Shown: positions 37,601 to 46,758 of the stretch, in pieces
How the letters are laid out: each line of letters begins with the position of its first letter
Position numbering within the stretch: position 1 is the first letter of the stretch
NCBI GenBank assembly: GCA_009773165.1
Contig: WOUZ01000016.1
Coordinates: 14,884-78,883, forward strand
DNA from: Bacteroidota bacterium
GTDB lineage: Bacteria > Bacteroidota > Bacteroidia > Bacteroidales > F082
Length of the DNA: 64,000 nucleotides
Direction: 5' to 3'
Position numbers and translations under genes: made by a program
The notes under the pieces: generated by a model
The model's input: only the letters and a program-made list of their open reading frames with translations
Told to the model about the DNA's origin: nothing
The model's database searches: none

Positions 37601-40196
37601 GATCTGTATTAAGGTAGCCTCTTTGCCCCGGTTCGGGAACAGCAAGACCAAGGTAATGAGCGTAAGGATAATATTCAGCTGAATGCGATGAAGTCGAGAA
37701 ATCACCGCCGGGCTCCGTCACACGGGCAACCCATTGCACAAGCATTTTACCGCGTGTGTTATTCATTTCCGGAAGCTGGAGTGTAGTTTTCCATAAACCC
37801 TGATCATCCGTTTTACCTTTAAAAACCGATTTCTCGTTTTCGCCATCGTACTTTGAAGGATCGTTAAACGTGTAACCACTCCACTTGCTGAATTTCACCT
37901 CTGCCGTTCGCAGTGAGCGTTCGAGGTTCACATCAAGGTTTGCGCCCTTTGCTCCGTGCAGCCAGTTCACGCTTAGTTGAACAGCACGATCCCTGTCCTG
38001 AGCTATAACCTGCTCGCTACCAAAAGAATAATTGATCTTCAACCTGTTCGGTTTGATCGTTTCGACTCTTATGCGTTTTGAAAAACTGGCATTACCAGCC
38101 TTTAAATTGGCTGTCCATACACCCGTTGGTGACTCCGCTGTTGTTGGAATCTTAAAAAGACACATGCCATCAATGAGTTGGGAGTTCGTTTGCCTGTCGA
38201 CCAACTGTTGCCGTGCATTGGTGAGTTCTAAAACAACAGGATAATCAGAAGGTAAGGAAGCCCTGTCACTCTTTAAAATCAATCCGATAAAAAGTGTATC
38301 TCCTGGCCGGTAAACGCCACGTTCGGTGAAAACAAAACCTTTTATACCATTTTGTAACTGATTGCCGCTCACATCGAAACGACTGTATGATAAGGCTGAG
38401 CCTTCGTCAAGTTTCAGATAGGCTCTTTCGTCATTCAGGGAAGCGACAGCAACAAATGGACGCACAACACCTTGCTGAAAACTTACCATTCCATTTGCAT
38501 CAGTCACACCCGACATCAACGATTGCTGCTGATAATCGAATAACTCAACTTTTACCCCTGCAGTTGGCGCAGATGTTTCCAGGTTATTGGCAATTATCAG
38601 CAATTCATTAGTGCTTTTATTACTTTCAACTGCCATTAACCCAATATTGGAGGCAATAATATTGCGACTTGGGAAACGCTCAGAATAATAATAACTCACA
38701 TCGCAGGGATCATTTCGTTTATTCCATTCAAAATCAGAAGGATAATAATAAGATGGGTCATAATAAGATCCATCGCCCCACTGACTAACTTCTTCGTCAG
38801 TTGGACCTGCTGCTTCTTTTTTGAGCATCGTTTTGTTTTGACACTCCCAAACTGCGTATTCTTTTTTGAACGTTATAATGACACGGTATAAAGCACCCTG
38901 ATCCTTTTTAATCAGCTTGTTGAGATCGATGCCATAGGTTTGCCATTGCATCAGCTTTGAAGGTTGATCTTTTTCGAGAATCATCTGCTCGCGGGCAACA
39001 ATCCTTCCAACACGCTTCAGGTCGCTGTTATCTTCCAATGTATTCCATTGTAAAAATTGAATCATATTGTTTTCAAAAATCTTCACAACATGAATGTCAA
39101 CAGCTCTTAATCCGACAGCTTGAAACGACAGAATGCCTTTTTCCCTGCCAGCCAAGATGGTACTTTTTCCAACAAAGAGAACCTGAGGCTTGAGCAGGTC
39201 GAAGCTCAGCTGCTGACGGTAATCAAAATTGAGAATTTGACCTGCTGCGTTTTTGAGACCTGCTGAAACAATAAGTTCCACATCGCCTGAAATAAAATCC
39301 TGAGGATAGATAACGAGTTTATTTTGACTGACATCAGCCCTCAATGCAGTTTCCGGCAACAAGCTCACCATCCCGCTTAGATTTTGCTGATGATCGAGAT
39401 AATCGGAAAACCAAATATGAATAGCCTGCTCAGGCTGATGAGATAATTCAACCTTACTAACCTGAAAATTTCCTTTAGCAGGCACTTCCAATTTCATCGT
39501 ACCTTTTTGATCGCTCCCAATTTTTGATCCATCCCATTCGATTTCAATAGAATATGGGTTTGACAACCTTTCAATGCTGTCGGCAACAAACACCAGGGAC
39601 TGTATAGCATCATCGAAAATTACCTGCACAGAAACCGACTTACCCTGTGATTTTACCTTTAAAAGACCGTCGGCCTGATCAGCGCCAATCGGTTCGGAGA
39701 TAATAATTGCGCCTTTTAACCGGTACATATTGGGTTTGTTCTCAGAAGGAACCTGAAGGGCAACATCTTTCAACTCAAATGTTAATGGCAAGGTTTGCAG
39801 CTGAAACCTGAAAATATGAAAATCAGAAGGAACCTCCAGCAGTTTATTGAGAAAGAAACTCACTTGTATTTTTTGATCACGTGGCCAGTTGTTGTCCGGT
39901 ATGAAACGTAAACTTTTATCATCAACCCAAAAAGCCTTTCCCTTAACTTCAGGATTGAAACTAAAAAGCATTTCCTTCACCTCTGAACCCGGCTCAGCTT
40001 TTGTTGATGGGGCTGAGCTGAGGGTTATATTTAAGGGTGCATCCAAAGGAATTAATCCTTGTGTATAATCAGCAACATAAGCAGCAAATTCAGCTTCCTG
40101 CCTGTCATTATTGCTGGTATTGAGGCAGCTGTGAAACACCATTGGAATAAACACAAAGAATAAAATAGCATTTAGTATCTTTTTCATACGAGGCAT
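34659..40196 (-). CDS. bacterial alpha-2-macroglobulin family lipoprotein (thioester-containing)
   Basis: 1845-aa ORF. Lipobox (PMVFHSC). Thioester motif DYPHGCTEQ, with CTEQ encoded at 35988-35999. Alternative start MKKIL at 40187. Confidence 0.9.
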   Translation of the reverse strand: MPRMKKILNAILFFVFIPMVFHSCLNTSNNDRQEAEFAAYVADYTQGLIPLDAPLNITLSSAPSTKAEPGSEVKEMLFSFNPEVKGKAFWVDDKSLRFIPDNNWPRDQKIQVSFFLNKLLEVPSDFHIFRFQLQTLPLTFELKDVALQVPSENKPNMYRLKGAIIISEPIGADQADGLLKVKSQGKSVSVQVIFDDAIQSLVFVADSIERLSNPYSIEIEWDGSKIGSDQKGTMKLEVPAKGNFQVSKVELSHQPEQAIHIWFSDYLDHQQNLSGMVSLLPETALRADVSQNKLVIYPQDFISGDVELIVSAGLKNAAGQILNFDYRQQLSFDLLKPQVLFVGKSTILAGREKGILSFQAVGLRAVDIHVVKIFENNMIQFLQWNTLEDNSDLKRVGRIVAREQMILEKDQPSKLMQWQTYGIDLNKLIKKDQGALYRVIITFKKEYAVWECQNKTMLKKEAAGPTDEEVSQWGDGSYYDPSYYYPSDFEWNKRNDPCDVSYYYSERFPSRNIIASNIGLMAVESNKSTNELLIIANNLETSAPTAGVKVELFDYQQQSLMSGVTDANGMVSFQQGVVRPFVAVASLNDERAYLKLDEGSALSYSRFDVSGNQLQNGIKGFVFTERGVYRPGDTLFIGLILKSDRASLPSDYPVVLELTNARQQLVDRQTNSQLIDGMCLFKIPTTAESPTGVWTANLKAGNASFSKRIRVETIKPNRLKINYSFGSEQVIAQDRDRAVQLSVNWLHGAKGANLDVNLERSLRTAEVKFSKWSGYTFNDPSKYDGENEKSVFKGKTDDQGLWKTTLQLPEMNNTRGKMLVQWVARVTEPGGDFSTSSHSAEYYPYAHYLGLAVPEPGQRGYLNTDQQHNFDIVRVDDKGRPTGSTSVKVEVFKLDWSWWWSGNENNSADYISTYNSQKIMEKELTLQDGRATFAWEPKHPQWGNFFIRISQEEGKHSTGKVVYVDWPDGYSRSDREATGGANLLSMSLDKEKYVTGEKAIISFSGPGKGKALISLENGTKQLKSWWIDTNEGENKVNVPLLTNYSPNIYVHITLLQPVGQVTNDMPVRSYGVASVLVEDPQSRLLPEVLAPAEVKTGTSFNVNVKEKSGKSMTYMLAVVDEGLLDLTNFKVPDPHGSFYSKEALGLKSWDMYDFVLGAYGGKMEQLFAIGGDESLPDREKARQSRFVPVVKVIGPVTVKAGKTNEHSFKIDNYIGSVVVMVVAVSGNAFGNASTTMAVKQPLMVLGTLPRLLRQKDEVSMPVTVFSYVKGKHEVEVTVKANGAVTLIGSGSQKVVFEGEGEKLAYFKVSAGAVSGSGHIEISAKQASNIANQKIELAVQNPNIRVFQHQTRLLEKGQKLTEELVFPGEAATHQAKLEVSKLPAVNLQGRLSSLIDYPHGCTEQITSQGFAQLYLAKILQIPAAEYQEMNQRIQSAIRQIAIRQRNDGSVNYWPGSNYVNEWSDIYAGHFMILASRENKAVPSMFLSSWTKNQRAKANAWYPEIEADKLFNDHLQAYRLYVLALQGEPLMNAMNRLREHPMLSLQAAQTLAAAYALSGQENAARELALGNQKRTYHFYSQNMTMGSEIRDKAMRIESLLLLNEKTLVIPLVTELATVLNSEDWLSTQTTAYALYAWQLFATKYPVDGINSFTWRQDKPEKVDLKSASFNTSLKLNLPKIEVENTGDNPLYLTFTTSGVQAVGTFVSVERGISLKVTYQNENGQTIDPMSLTQGTSFTMITEVTNASDHKLSFLALNQLIPAGWEIINERIQSGVEMIDLNADYADVRDDRVIHYFDLLPGSKRTFSTPLIATYEGRFLLPPVHCEAMYDNQTVASKGGGWAVVTRK

Positions 40197-40556
40197 TGTT
40201 TTGGTCTGCTAAAGTACTACTATCTAGTTATTTTAACATGTTGTTGTCGTCTAAATTTAATGATTCCTAACTATAGTGATAATGAAATTCACTTTTTATC
40301 ATGTCTGAATCGAAAACCAGACGGATGTTTCCCAATAGCAATTCCACCAATCACAAACCTAAGACTCTGTAATAGTGAGCAAAACGAAGTAAATAAAAAT
40401 AGGTCCTAAGTCGTAGTTGTATTTCTATGCTAATAAATTATTACTGAAATAGCTCAATTAGTAAAGAATAACTAGTGAAAAAGAATTCATAAAAAAGTTT
40501 TTACAATTCGCATTAATCCTTAACCGCTTTAGTTGCGATTGAAAAAGCATTCAGTG

Positions 40557-40564
40557 TATATTTG
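40557..40564 (+). promoter_or_regulatory. Bacteroidota -7 box TATATTTG
   Basis: TAnnTTTG 20 nt upstream of ATG 40585. Confidence 0.45.
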
Positions 40565-40584
40565 TATCACTAATTCAAATTGAA

Positions 40585-42771
40585 ATGAAAAAAAACTTTT
40601 ACTTACTCATGTTGCTGCTTTTTGCAGGCATAACAATCAATGCCCAGTGGAGTAGCAACCCAGCAGAAAATCTTAAGCTCACGGGCCTCGCCGGCGAAGA
40701 GGTGATACCAAAAGTGAGACTCGCACCCAACGGCGATTACTACGTTGGTTACTTCTCATCGGAGAATGGCAATTACAATGTACGATTGCAACGTATCGAT
40801 AATCAAGGTAATAAACTATGGGATGCTGAAGGACTTTTGGTAAGTAGTCATCCTTCGATGACATGGCTTACCGACTGGGACATGGCTGTAGATCATGAAA
40901 ACCACGCCATCTTGACCTGGCAAGACATACGAATGGGTGGCAATAATAATGTTGTTGCTTACCGAATTGCACCTGACGGATCGTTTGTTTGGGGGCCTGA
41001 CGGTATTATGTTGTCGAACAACGCCTCATTTAATGTGACCCCAACTATTGCTATAACAGCAGCAAATAACGCTGTTATTGCATGGATGGCAGACAACACC
41101 CTCATCAGGCAAAAAATCAGTCCTGCGGGGGTTAAACTTTGGGGAGAAAACGGCATAACAATGAGTGGAACCATAAGGTATACATGGCCGCAATTGATGC
41201 CGGTAGGCGCCGATGATATTCTGATGAAATATTATGAAGACACAGGAGTTAGCTGGTCACCAACACGGCATGTATTTGTGCAACGCCTTAATAGTAATGG
41301 TGCAGGAGTATGGGCAACACCGGCTGTAATCTCCAACGCGGGAGCAATAACAGCCTGGACACAGATTCTGCCGATGATAAGTGATGGAAATGAAGGTCTT
41401 ATCATCACATGGCATGATTACCGAGTAAGTGGCACAATAGCATCTGGCTGGGTTCAACACATTAATTCAAGTGGACAAGCCCTGCTTCAGGCCAACGGTG
41501 TTAAAATTTCGGAGGCCGACGATATGAATCAGTTCTATCCTCAGGTAGCCAAGCCTGCCAACGATCAGAATATCTATGTATATTGGAATGAAGTGAATGG
41601 TGATCAGAACCAATTTGGTATTTATGCACAAAAAATCAGTCCTGCCGGTGAAAGGTTATGGTCGGATTATGGCAAAGTCATATTTCCGGTAACAGGTCAG
41701 GCCCTTCTTCCACAGGCTTTATTTTCTGTTGTTGACGATGTGGTTTTAATTTATGAACATTATTTTGATGGTATTACAACATCACTGCGTGCAATGCGTC
41801 TGGATAATCTGGGCAACGCGGTATGGGAACCCGAAGAAGCGATGGTATCTTCGGTTCAATCTTCTAAGGTACATCTTGATTATGCCGCCTTCAATGGCAG
41901 TCAGTGGGTTTTTGCATGGGAAGACGATCGTAACGGTGATGTGGATTTGTTCGCACAAAATTTGCATCCTGACGGAACTTTGGGTAATCCATCCGCAATG
42001 GGGACATTGGCAATGCAAATCAATATAGAAGGCAATATGGCCAATGTGGATGAAACAACCATTCAGATTGAAAGTCAAACCTATCATCCTGAACCTGACG
42101 GAAGTATTGAAATTCAATTACCTGCTGACACATACACCGTTACCGTTTCGCATGCCTACACACAAACCGTCGTACTTGAAAATGTTGTAATCAGTGAGAA
42201 TGTCATCACGATGCAGGAAGTTTCGCTGCTTATGCTGCGTTCCGACCTCCATGTAAAAGCTGTTGATCAGGCTGGTAATCCAGTGCTTTTACCCGTCATT
42301 TATAGTGTAGCCGGCCCTGAGAACACTTATACCGGAACCATTGCCAACGGCGAAGTCATTCTGAACAATGTACCTCACGGATCTTATGGCGGTAGTGCTA
42401 CACTTGATGGAGTTCAGTTTGTGGAAGTGACTGCAGTTCTTGATGGCAGCAACCAGGAACTTATTTTTGTTTTCATCATTGATGGGGTTTCGGAAGCCAC
42501 ACAACTGATGCCTGCGAGCATTTCGCCTAATCCCATAACTGAAAACAGTATATTACGTTTTAAATCAGTTACTTCCGGAAACGTTCTGATTATCATCAGC
42601 GATGAAAGCGGCCGCATCCTTCAACAGACACAACTGGCTGCTGTTGCCGGTGAAAACCGTCTCATCCTTAATAAATACCTCCAGTTTGGAAAACTCAGGA
42701 ATGGATTATATACCCTACAGCTTGTTTCTGAGCGCCAACAGGCAAGTTTGAAAATTGTTAAAACCAATTGA
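40585..42771 (+). CDS. large secreted protein with T9SS C-terminal sorting domain
   Basis: 728-aa ORF. Signal peptide. Repeated W/G-rich segments that look propeller-like. A CarboxypepD_reg-like stretch. C-terminal CTD (ISPNPITENSILRF ... GLYTLQLV ... LKIVKTN). Confidence 0.8.
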   Translation: MKKNFYLLMLLLFAGITINAQWSSNPAENLKLTGLAGEEVIPKVRLAPNGDYYVGYFSSENGNYNVRLQRIDNQGNKLWDAEGLLVSSHPSMTWLTDWDMAVDHENHAILTWQDIRMGGNNNVVAYRIAPDGSFVWGPDGIMLSNNASFNVTPTIAITAANNAVIAWMADNTLIRQKISPAGVKLWGENGITMSGTIRYTWPQLMPVGADDILMKYYEDTGVSWSPTRHVFVQRLNSNGAGVWATPAVISNAGAITAWTQILPMISDGNEGLIITWHDYRVSGTIASGWVQHINSSGQALLQANGVKISEADDMNQFYPQVAKPANDQNIYVYWNEVNGDQNQFGIYAQKISPAGERLWSDYGKVIFPVTGQALLPQALFSVVDDVVLIYEHYFDGITTSLRAMRLDNLGNAVWEPEEAMVSSVQSSKVHLDYAAFNGSQWVFAWEDDRNGDVDLFAQNLHPDGTLGNPSAMGTLAMQINIEGNMANVDETTIQIESQTYHPEPDGSIEIQLPADTYTVTVSHAYTQTVVLENVVISENVITMQEVSLLMLRSDLHVKAVDQAGNPVLLPVIYSVAGPENTYTGTIANGEVILNNVPHGSYGGSATLDGVQFVEVTAVLDGSNQELIFVFIIDGVSEATQLMPASISPNPITENSILRFKSVTSGNVLIIISDESGRILQQTQLAAVAGENRLILNKYLQFGKLRNGLYTLQLVSERQQASLKIVKTN

Positions 42772-42797
42772 TTTAAAATCAGTTAGCCAAATAAAAA

Positions 42798-42832
42798 AGA
42801 GGCTGCTTCCAGCAGAAGACAGCCTCTTTTTA
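42798..42832. terminator. bidirectional-looking rho-independent terminator
   Basis: AGAGGCTG-(14 nt)-CAGCCTCT, flanked by an A-run upstream and TTTT downstream. Lies between convergent genes. Confidence 0.7.
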
Positions 42833-43043
42833 TATACCGGAAGTTTCTAACACGTACAATAGTAAATTGTTGCAAGCCTGTATTTCAACATAAAAGGGGT
42901 TGAGGTTGAGTCATCCCTCAATTTTTAAACAAATGCAATCCTCATTAAGCCAAAAAACAGAATAGAAATTATTAAGTCAAAAAAAAGTCACGAAACAGAT
43001 AAATTCTTCCATTTTGTGACTTTCATGTTTAAAGATTAGTGCA

Positions 43044-43460
43044 TCACTCCTTGAGTCGTTCCACCTTTGTTACATAATACCTGGTATCGCCTCTCCAGGG
43101 AAAAATGGTATAACGTTTTATAAAATGAAGATTGACCCGCTCTCCGGTCAAAGCTACTGTTTTTAAATCTGTAATAACTTCATCATCACTTCTTTCAACA
43201 GAAAAATCGAAAGTCTCAGCTATCGGACTGGTACCTTTCAATGCACCAAAAGTTTCCAGGTTGAGTTTTCCTTCCCAGGTTTTAAATACAACACCTTTCT
43301 CAGCTACACGCAAAACTTTGCCTGCAAGAACTCCCCTTTCGTAAACTCCCCAGTAATAAAATGAGAAAACTCCAATAAGGATGACAACGAGAATTATTAA
43401 CAGGATTTTAAAACCCTTGCTGAGTGCTCTTTTCGACTTTTGTACCAAATTATTTTCCAT
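43044..43460 (-). CDS. hypothetical single-pass membrane protein
   Basis: 138-aa ORF. N-terminal TM (ILLIILVVILIGVFSFYYW). No family recognised. Confidence 0.6.
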   Translation of the reverse strand: MENNLVQKSKRALSKGFKILLIILVVILIGVFSFYYWGVYERGVLAGKVLRVAEKGVVFKTWEGKLNLETFGALKGTSPIAETFDFSVERSDDEVITDLKTVALTGERVNLHFIKRYTIFPWRGDTRYYVTKVERLKE

Positions 43461-43773
43461 AGATTCAATTGTTGGTTAATAGTGAATGAAACTTATGTGC
43501 AAATATAGGTCATTGTTTTAAAAATGTCCATACCAATTTAAACAACTGACATGAATTATTACCGAGGCACGTTCATTTTTCGTCGTTTAGATCCTGTTCT
43601 TTTACGTTGTTTATTGTCGTTGAAAAAATAAAGCTACATACGAGCGGATGATAAATCTAAACACCTTTGTCTTGAAGAAAATCATCAAACAAAGGAAATA
43701 CGCTCGTTCTAAATCCCACAAACAAAAAAACCGAATCTTTCGATCCGGTTTAACCTTAAAATCATGTATGAAA

Positions 43774-46671
43774 TTAAAAGATGGAATAGCTGAAACGCAA
43801 GCTAAAAGTTCTTCCGGGTAATAAGCGTCCGAAAAACTGATCTTGCGCGTTGCATGATCTAAAAACGGCAGATTTACTATCATTGAGAATATTATCCACT
43901 TTAACACCAAGACTCATTTTGTTGTCTTTCCCAAAACTTTTATTGGCATTGAAATTCAAGCTATGAAAAGGCAAAGTATACACATTGGGACGGTCGACAA
44001 TGCCGACATATAAGAGCGTGGTTCCCTGCACATTGTAATAGAAACCGGCTTCCAATCCTTTCAAAAAGCCTTTTTCTCCTCCTTCATAGTTGAAGCCGGC
44101 ATTAATAATATAAGGTGCCTGACCTGCCATTTGACGGTAATCAAGAACCCGCTCACCTTCACGTGCATTGTCAACTCGCGATACATATTCTGTTTCGCTA
44201 AGACGGATGCGGGAGTTGGTAAAAGTAAGGTTTGCGCTGAAAGCAAAGTTATCGAATTTCGTTCCCAAAACTCCCAATGTTTTCCTAAGTTCGAGCTCTG
44301 TTCCTATTACCCTGCCGTCGCCAACATTACGTGGTTGAAAAGCTGCAGCCTGAGTAACAAACTGCACCATTTCGATAGGTCGGATAAACGATTTATAGAA
44401 AGCACTCAAGCTGATTGTTTGACCTTTTTGCTGAAATAATTCCCAGCGCAAATCCAGATTATGGATGTCGGAACTTTGAAGGTTTCCGTCCCAGTATACG
44501 ATACCGGCAATATCATTGGCATCTCGAAACAAGCCTCCAATAAATGTTCTGCTGGTAATAGGGTCCGAAATTTCGGCATATGAAAGCTCTTTGAATGATG
44601 GTCGTGCGATGGTTTTACCATAAGAAAACCGCAGATTTTGATTTTCTTTCAGGTTGTAGATCACATTCACAGAAGGAAAGAAATCAAGGCTTTCCAACAC
44701 CACCTCGTTGTCAAGAACATATGTACCCAACTGATCCTGACCTGTATATCGTTGTGTGTAATTTTCGGCACGCAAACCTATCACTGTTTTAAAGCGGTTA
44801 AAAGGTGTAAGTTCAACCGAAACATAGCCGGCAGTATTTTGTGTGTTGGCATCAAAAGAGTTAGGGTTGACAGGGACAAAATCGGCTTCGTAGGTTGTTC
44901 CTTTTGAGATACTTCCGCCCAGGGGCCAAAGGTTTTCGGGTAGCATCAATTCATTGGGGTCGCCTGTAAGTGGCACATTACGAATGTTTAGCGCAAAAGT
45001 TCTGATGGAATACTCGCGTTCTTTATAAACATATGCGCTACCAAAGTTGAGTTTTAACTTACCTGTTTTCATCTCAAATTCTTTGCTTGCCTGAATGTTT
45101 GCACCAACATTTAATTCAGAAAGTTCGCGCCAAATGCGTTCCGGGAAACCTGATTCTGTACCTATTGAAAGTGACCCCTCACGGTCTTCGTATCGGGTAA
45201 AACGCACATCAGGGTCGTCCATTGTAGAGCGTGTGGGCGAAATCTTCCATTCGATCTCCCACTTGCTTCCGCTGTAAAAATGTTTTCCGTTAAAAAGCAG
45301 ATTCGTCATAGCCCGTTCACTGTATTCAAGGTTATGTTGAAAGCCATAAAAAATAGCTCCCTGATCCGCATTCCGGTAGTCGAACACCCCTGCTTTGGAT
45401 TCACCGTTTTGAAGATGAAGCAGATTAATGCGGTATTTGGATTTCTCTGTTTTCAAGGCTAAACCAACCAAACCACCTAAAAGCGCGTTGTTTGAGCCAT
45501 AATCTCCAAAGGTATACTCACGCTCTTCCATTTCAACAACATTCGCATCGCCCGAGAGCCCGTAACGTCCAAATTCAGTATCTTCGTAATATTCTGTTGT
45601 GTTTTTGTAACTGATGGCAACGTTATATCCCCAGCTAACTTTTTTGCCATTGTGCTGATCGCCATAGGAAATGCCAAGGCTATAATCCATCAAACTGTTT
45701 TGCCTCATGGCTGAAAGTGTAGGATTAAATGCACCTAGAATTTCACGGTAACGGAGTCCTTCTTCACTTTCAGGCTTAGCGATTACTGATGAGAAGAAAG
45801 GGATATTTTCAGTGGCCGGAATTTTACGTGTTCCGTCATCGAAACCAAGAAAATCATATTTTCCTCCTTCGTAAGTCAAATAATCTTGATTGAAATGCAT
45901 CGCAGGATTGTAACCAAGGCTCAAAGAAATGGAAGCTTTACGTACTTCAGGAAAATCCTTGGTGGCAATGTCAATAGCACCACCGGTGAAATCGGCAGGA
46001 TTTTCAACTGAAAAGGTCTTTGCTATTATGATATTATCTATAACATTTGTTGGGAAGATATCCATCTGGAGCGTATTCCTGTCGGGATCAAGTCCAGGGA
46101 TATCCATACCATTAAGGGTAGTCTTTGTATAACGGTCGCCCAACCCCCTGACGTAGACATATTTCCCACCTTCGACAGAAACACCTGGAACTCTTTTCAT
46201 GGATGAAGCTGCATCGGAATCACCTATCTTCCTGAAGTTGGATGACGAGATGCCATCGATCATTCCAGCCGATTTTTTCTTTATTGAAAGGATGGCTGAC
46301 TCGGAATTGCGGATAACTTCAGCTTTTACTACTACCTCCTGAAGCAAGACATTTGCTTCTTCCATTCGTAAGTTCTCGAAGAGAAGTGCTTTTCCACTTT
46401 CGACTACCACATCCTGTATGTTAATGGTTTCGAAGGATATGAAAGACACTCTGAGGTTATATTTACCTGCGGGGGCTGTGATACTGAATTTCCCGTCAAA
46501 ATCGGTCATAGCACCAATTATTGTTCCTTCAAGAAAAACAGTTACTCCCGGAAGTGGCTCAGCAGTAGTGGCTTCGTAAACAGTTCCGCGGATAAACCCA
46601 TCCTGTGCAAAAAGCTGTGGAACTAAAAGCAATAGAAGTGCGAATAAAATTAGAGGCTTCTTTAAAATCAT
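43774..46671 (-). CDS. TonB-dependent receptor with N-terminal carboxypeptidase-regulatory-like domain
   Basis: 965-aa ORF. Signal peptide, GTVYEATTAEPLPGVTVFLEG, plug region, long beta-barrel ending in FSYSIF. Confidence 0.9.
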   Translation of the reverse strand: MILKKPLILFALLLLLVPQLFAQDGFIRGTVYEATTAEPLPGVTVFLEGTIIGAMTDFDGKFSITAPAGKYNLRVSFISFETINIQDVVVESGKALLFENLRMEEANVLLQEVVVKAEVIRNSESAILSIKKKSAGMIDGISSSNFRKIGDSDAASSMKRVPGVSVEGGKYVYVRGLGDRYTKTTLNGMDIPGLDPDRNTLQMDIFPTNVIDNIIIAKTFSVENPADFTGGAIDIATKDFPEVRKASISLSLGYNPAMHFNQDYLTYEGGKYDFLGFDDGTRKIPATENIPFFSSVIAKPESEEGLRYREILGAFNPTLSAMRQNSLMDYSLGISYGDQHNGKKVSWGYNVAISYKNTTEYYEDTEFGRYGLSGDANVVEMEEREYTFGDYGSNNALLGGLVGLALKTEKSKYRINLLHLQNGESKAGVFDYRNADQGAIFYGFQHNLEYSERAMTNLLFNGKHFYSGSKWEIEWKISPTRSTMDDPDVRFTRYEDREGSLSIGTESGFPERIWRELSELNVGANIQASKEFEMKTGKLKLNFGSAYVYKEREYSIRTFALNIRNVPLTGDPNELMLPENLWPLGGSISKGTTYEADFVPVNPNSFDANTQNTAGYVSVELTPFNRFKTVIGLRAENYTQRYTGQDQLGTYVLDNEVVLESLDFFPSVNVIYNLKENQNLRFSYGKTIARPSFKELSYAEISDPITSRTFIGGLFRDANDIAGIVYWDGNLQSSDIHNLDLRWELFQQKGQTISLSAFYKSFIRPIEMVQFVTQAAAFQPRNVGDGRVIGTELELRKTLGVLGTKFDNFAFSANLTFTNSRIRLSETEYVSRVDNAREGERVLDYRQMAGQAPYIINAGFNYEGGEKGFLKGLEAGFYYNVQGTTLLYVGIVDRPNVYTLPFHSLNFNANKSFGKDNKMSLGVKVDNILNDSKSAVFRSCNAQDQFFGRLLPGRTFSLRFSYSIF

Positions 46672-46696
46672 GATAGCATTAATTACCGTTATTTAT

Positions 46697-46727
46697 CAAA
46701 TAAAGCCCGCAGGTTAGAACCTGCGAG
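46697..46727 (-). terminator. intercistronic hairpin / weak terminator between the lipoprotein and TonB-receptor genes
   Basis: Minus strand reads CTCGCAGGT-TCTA-ACCTGCGGG followed by CTTTATTTG. Confidence 0.5.
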
Positions 46728-46758
46728 CTTAAGGATATTTCTTTCTATGAGATTAGAA

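Noticed and set aside
43611-43910. 99-aa minus-strand ORF overlapping the 3' end of the TonB-dependent receptor gene
   Set aside because: It overlaps the receptor CDS by 137 nt in another frame. Its sequence is odd and hydrophobic, and no support was found.
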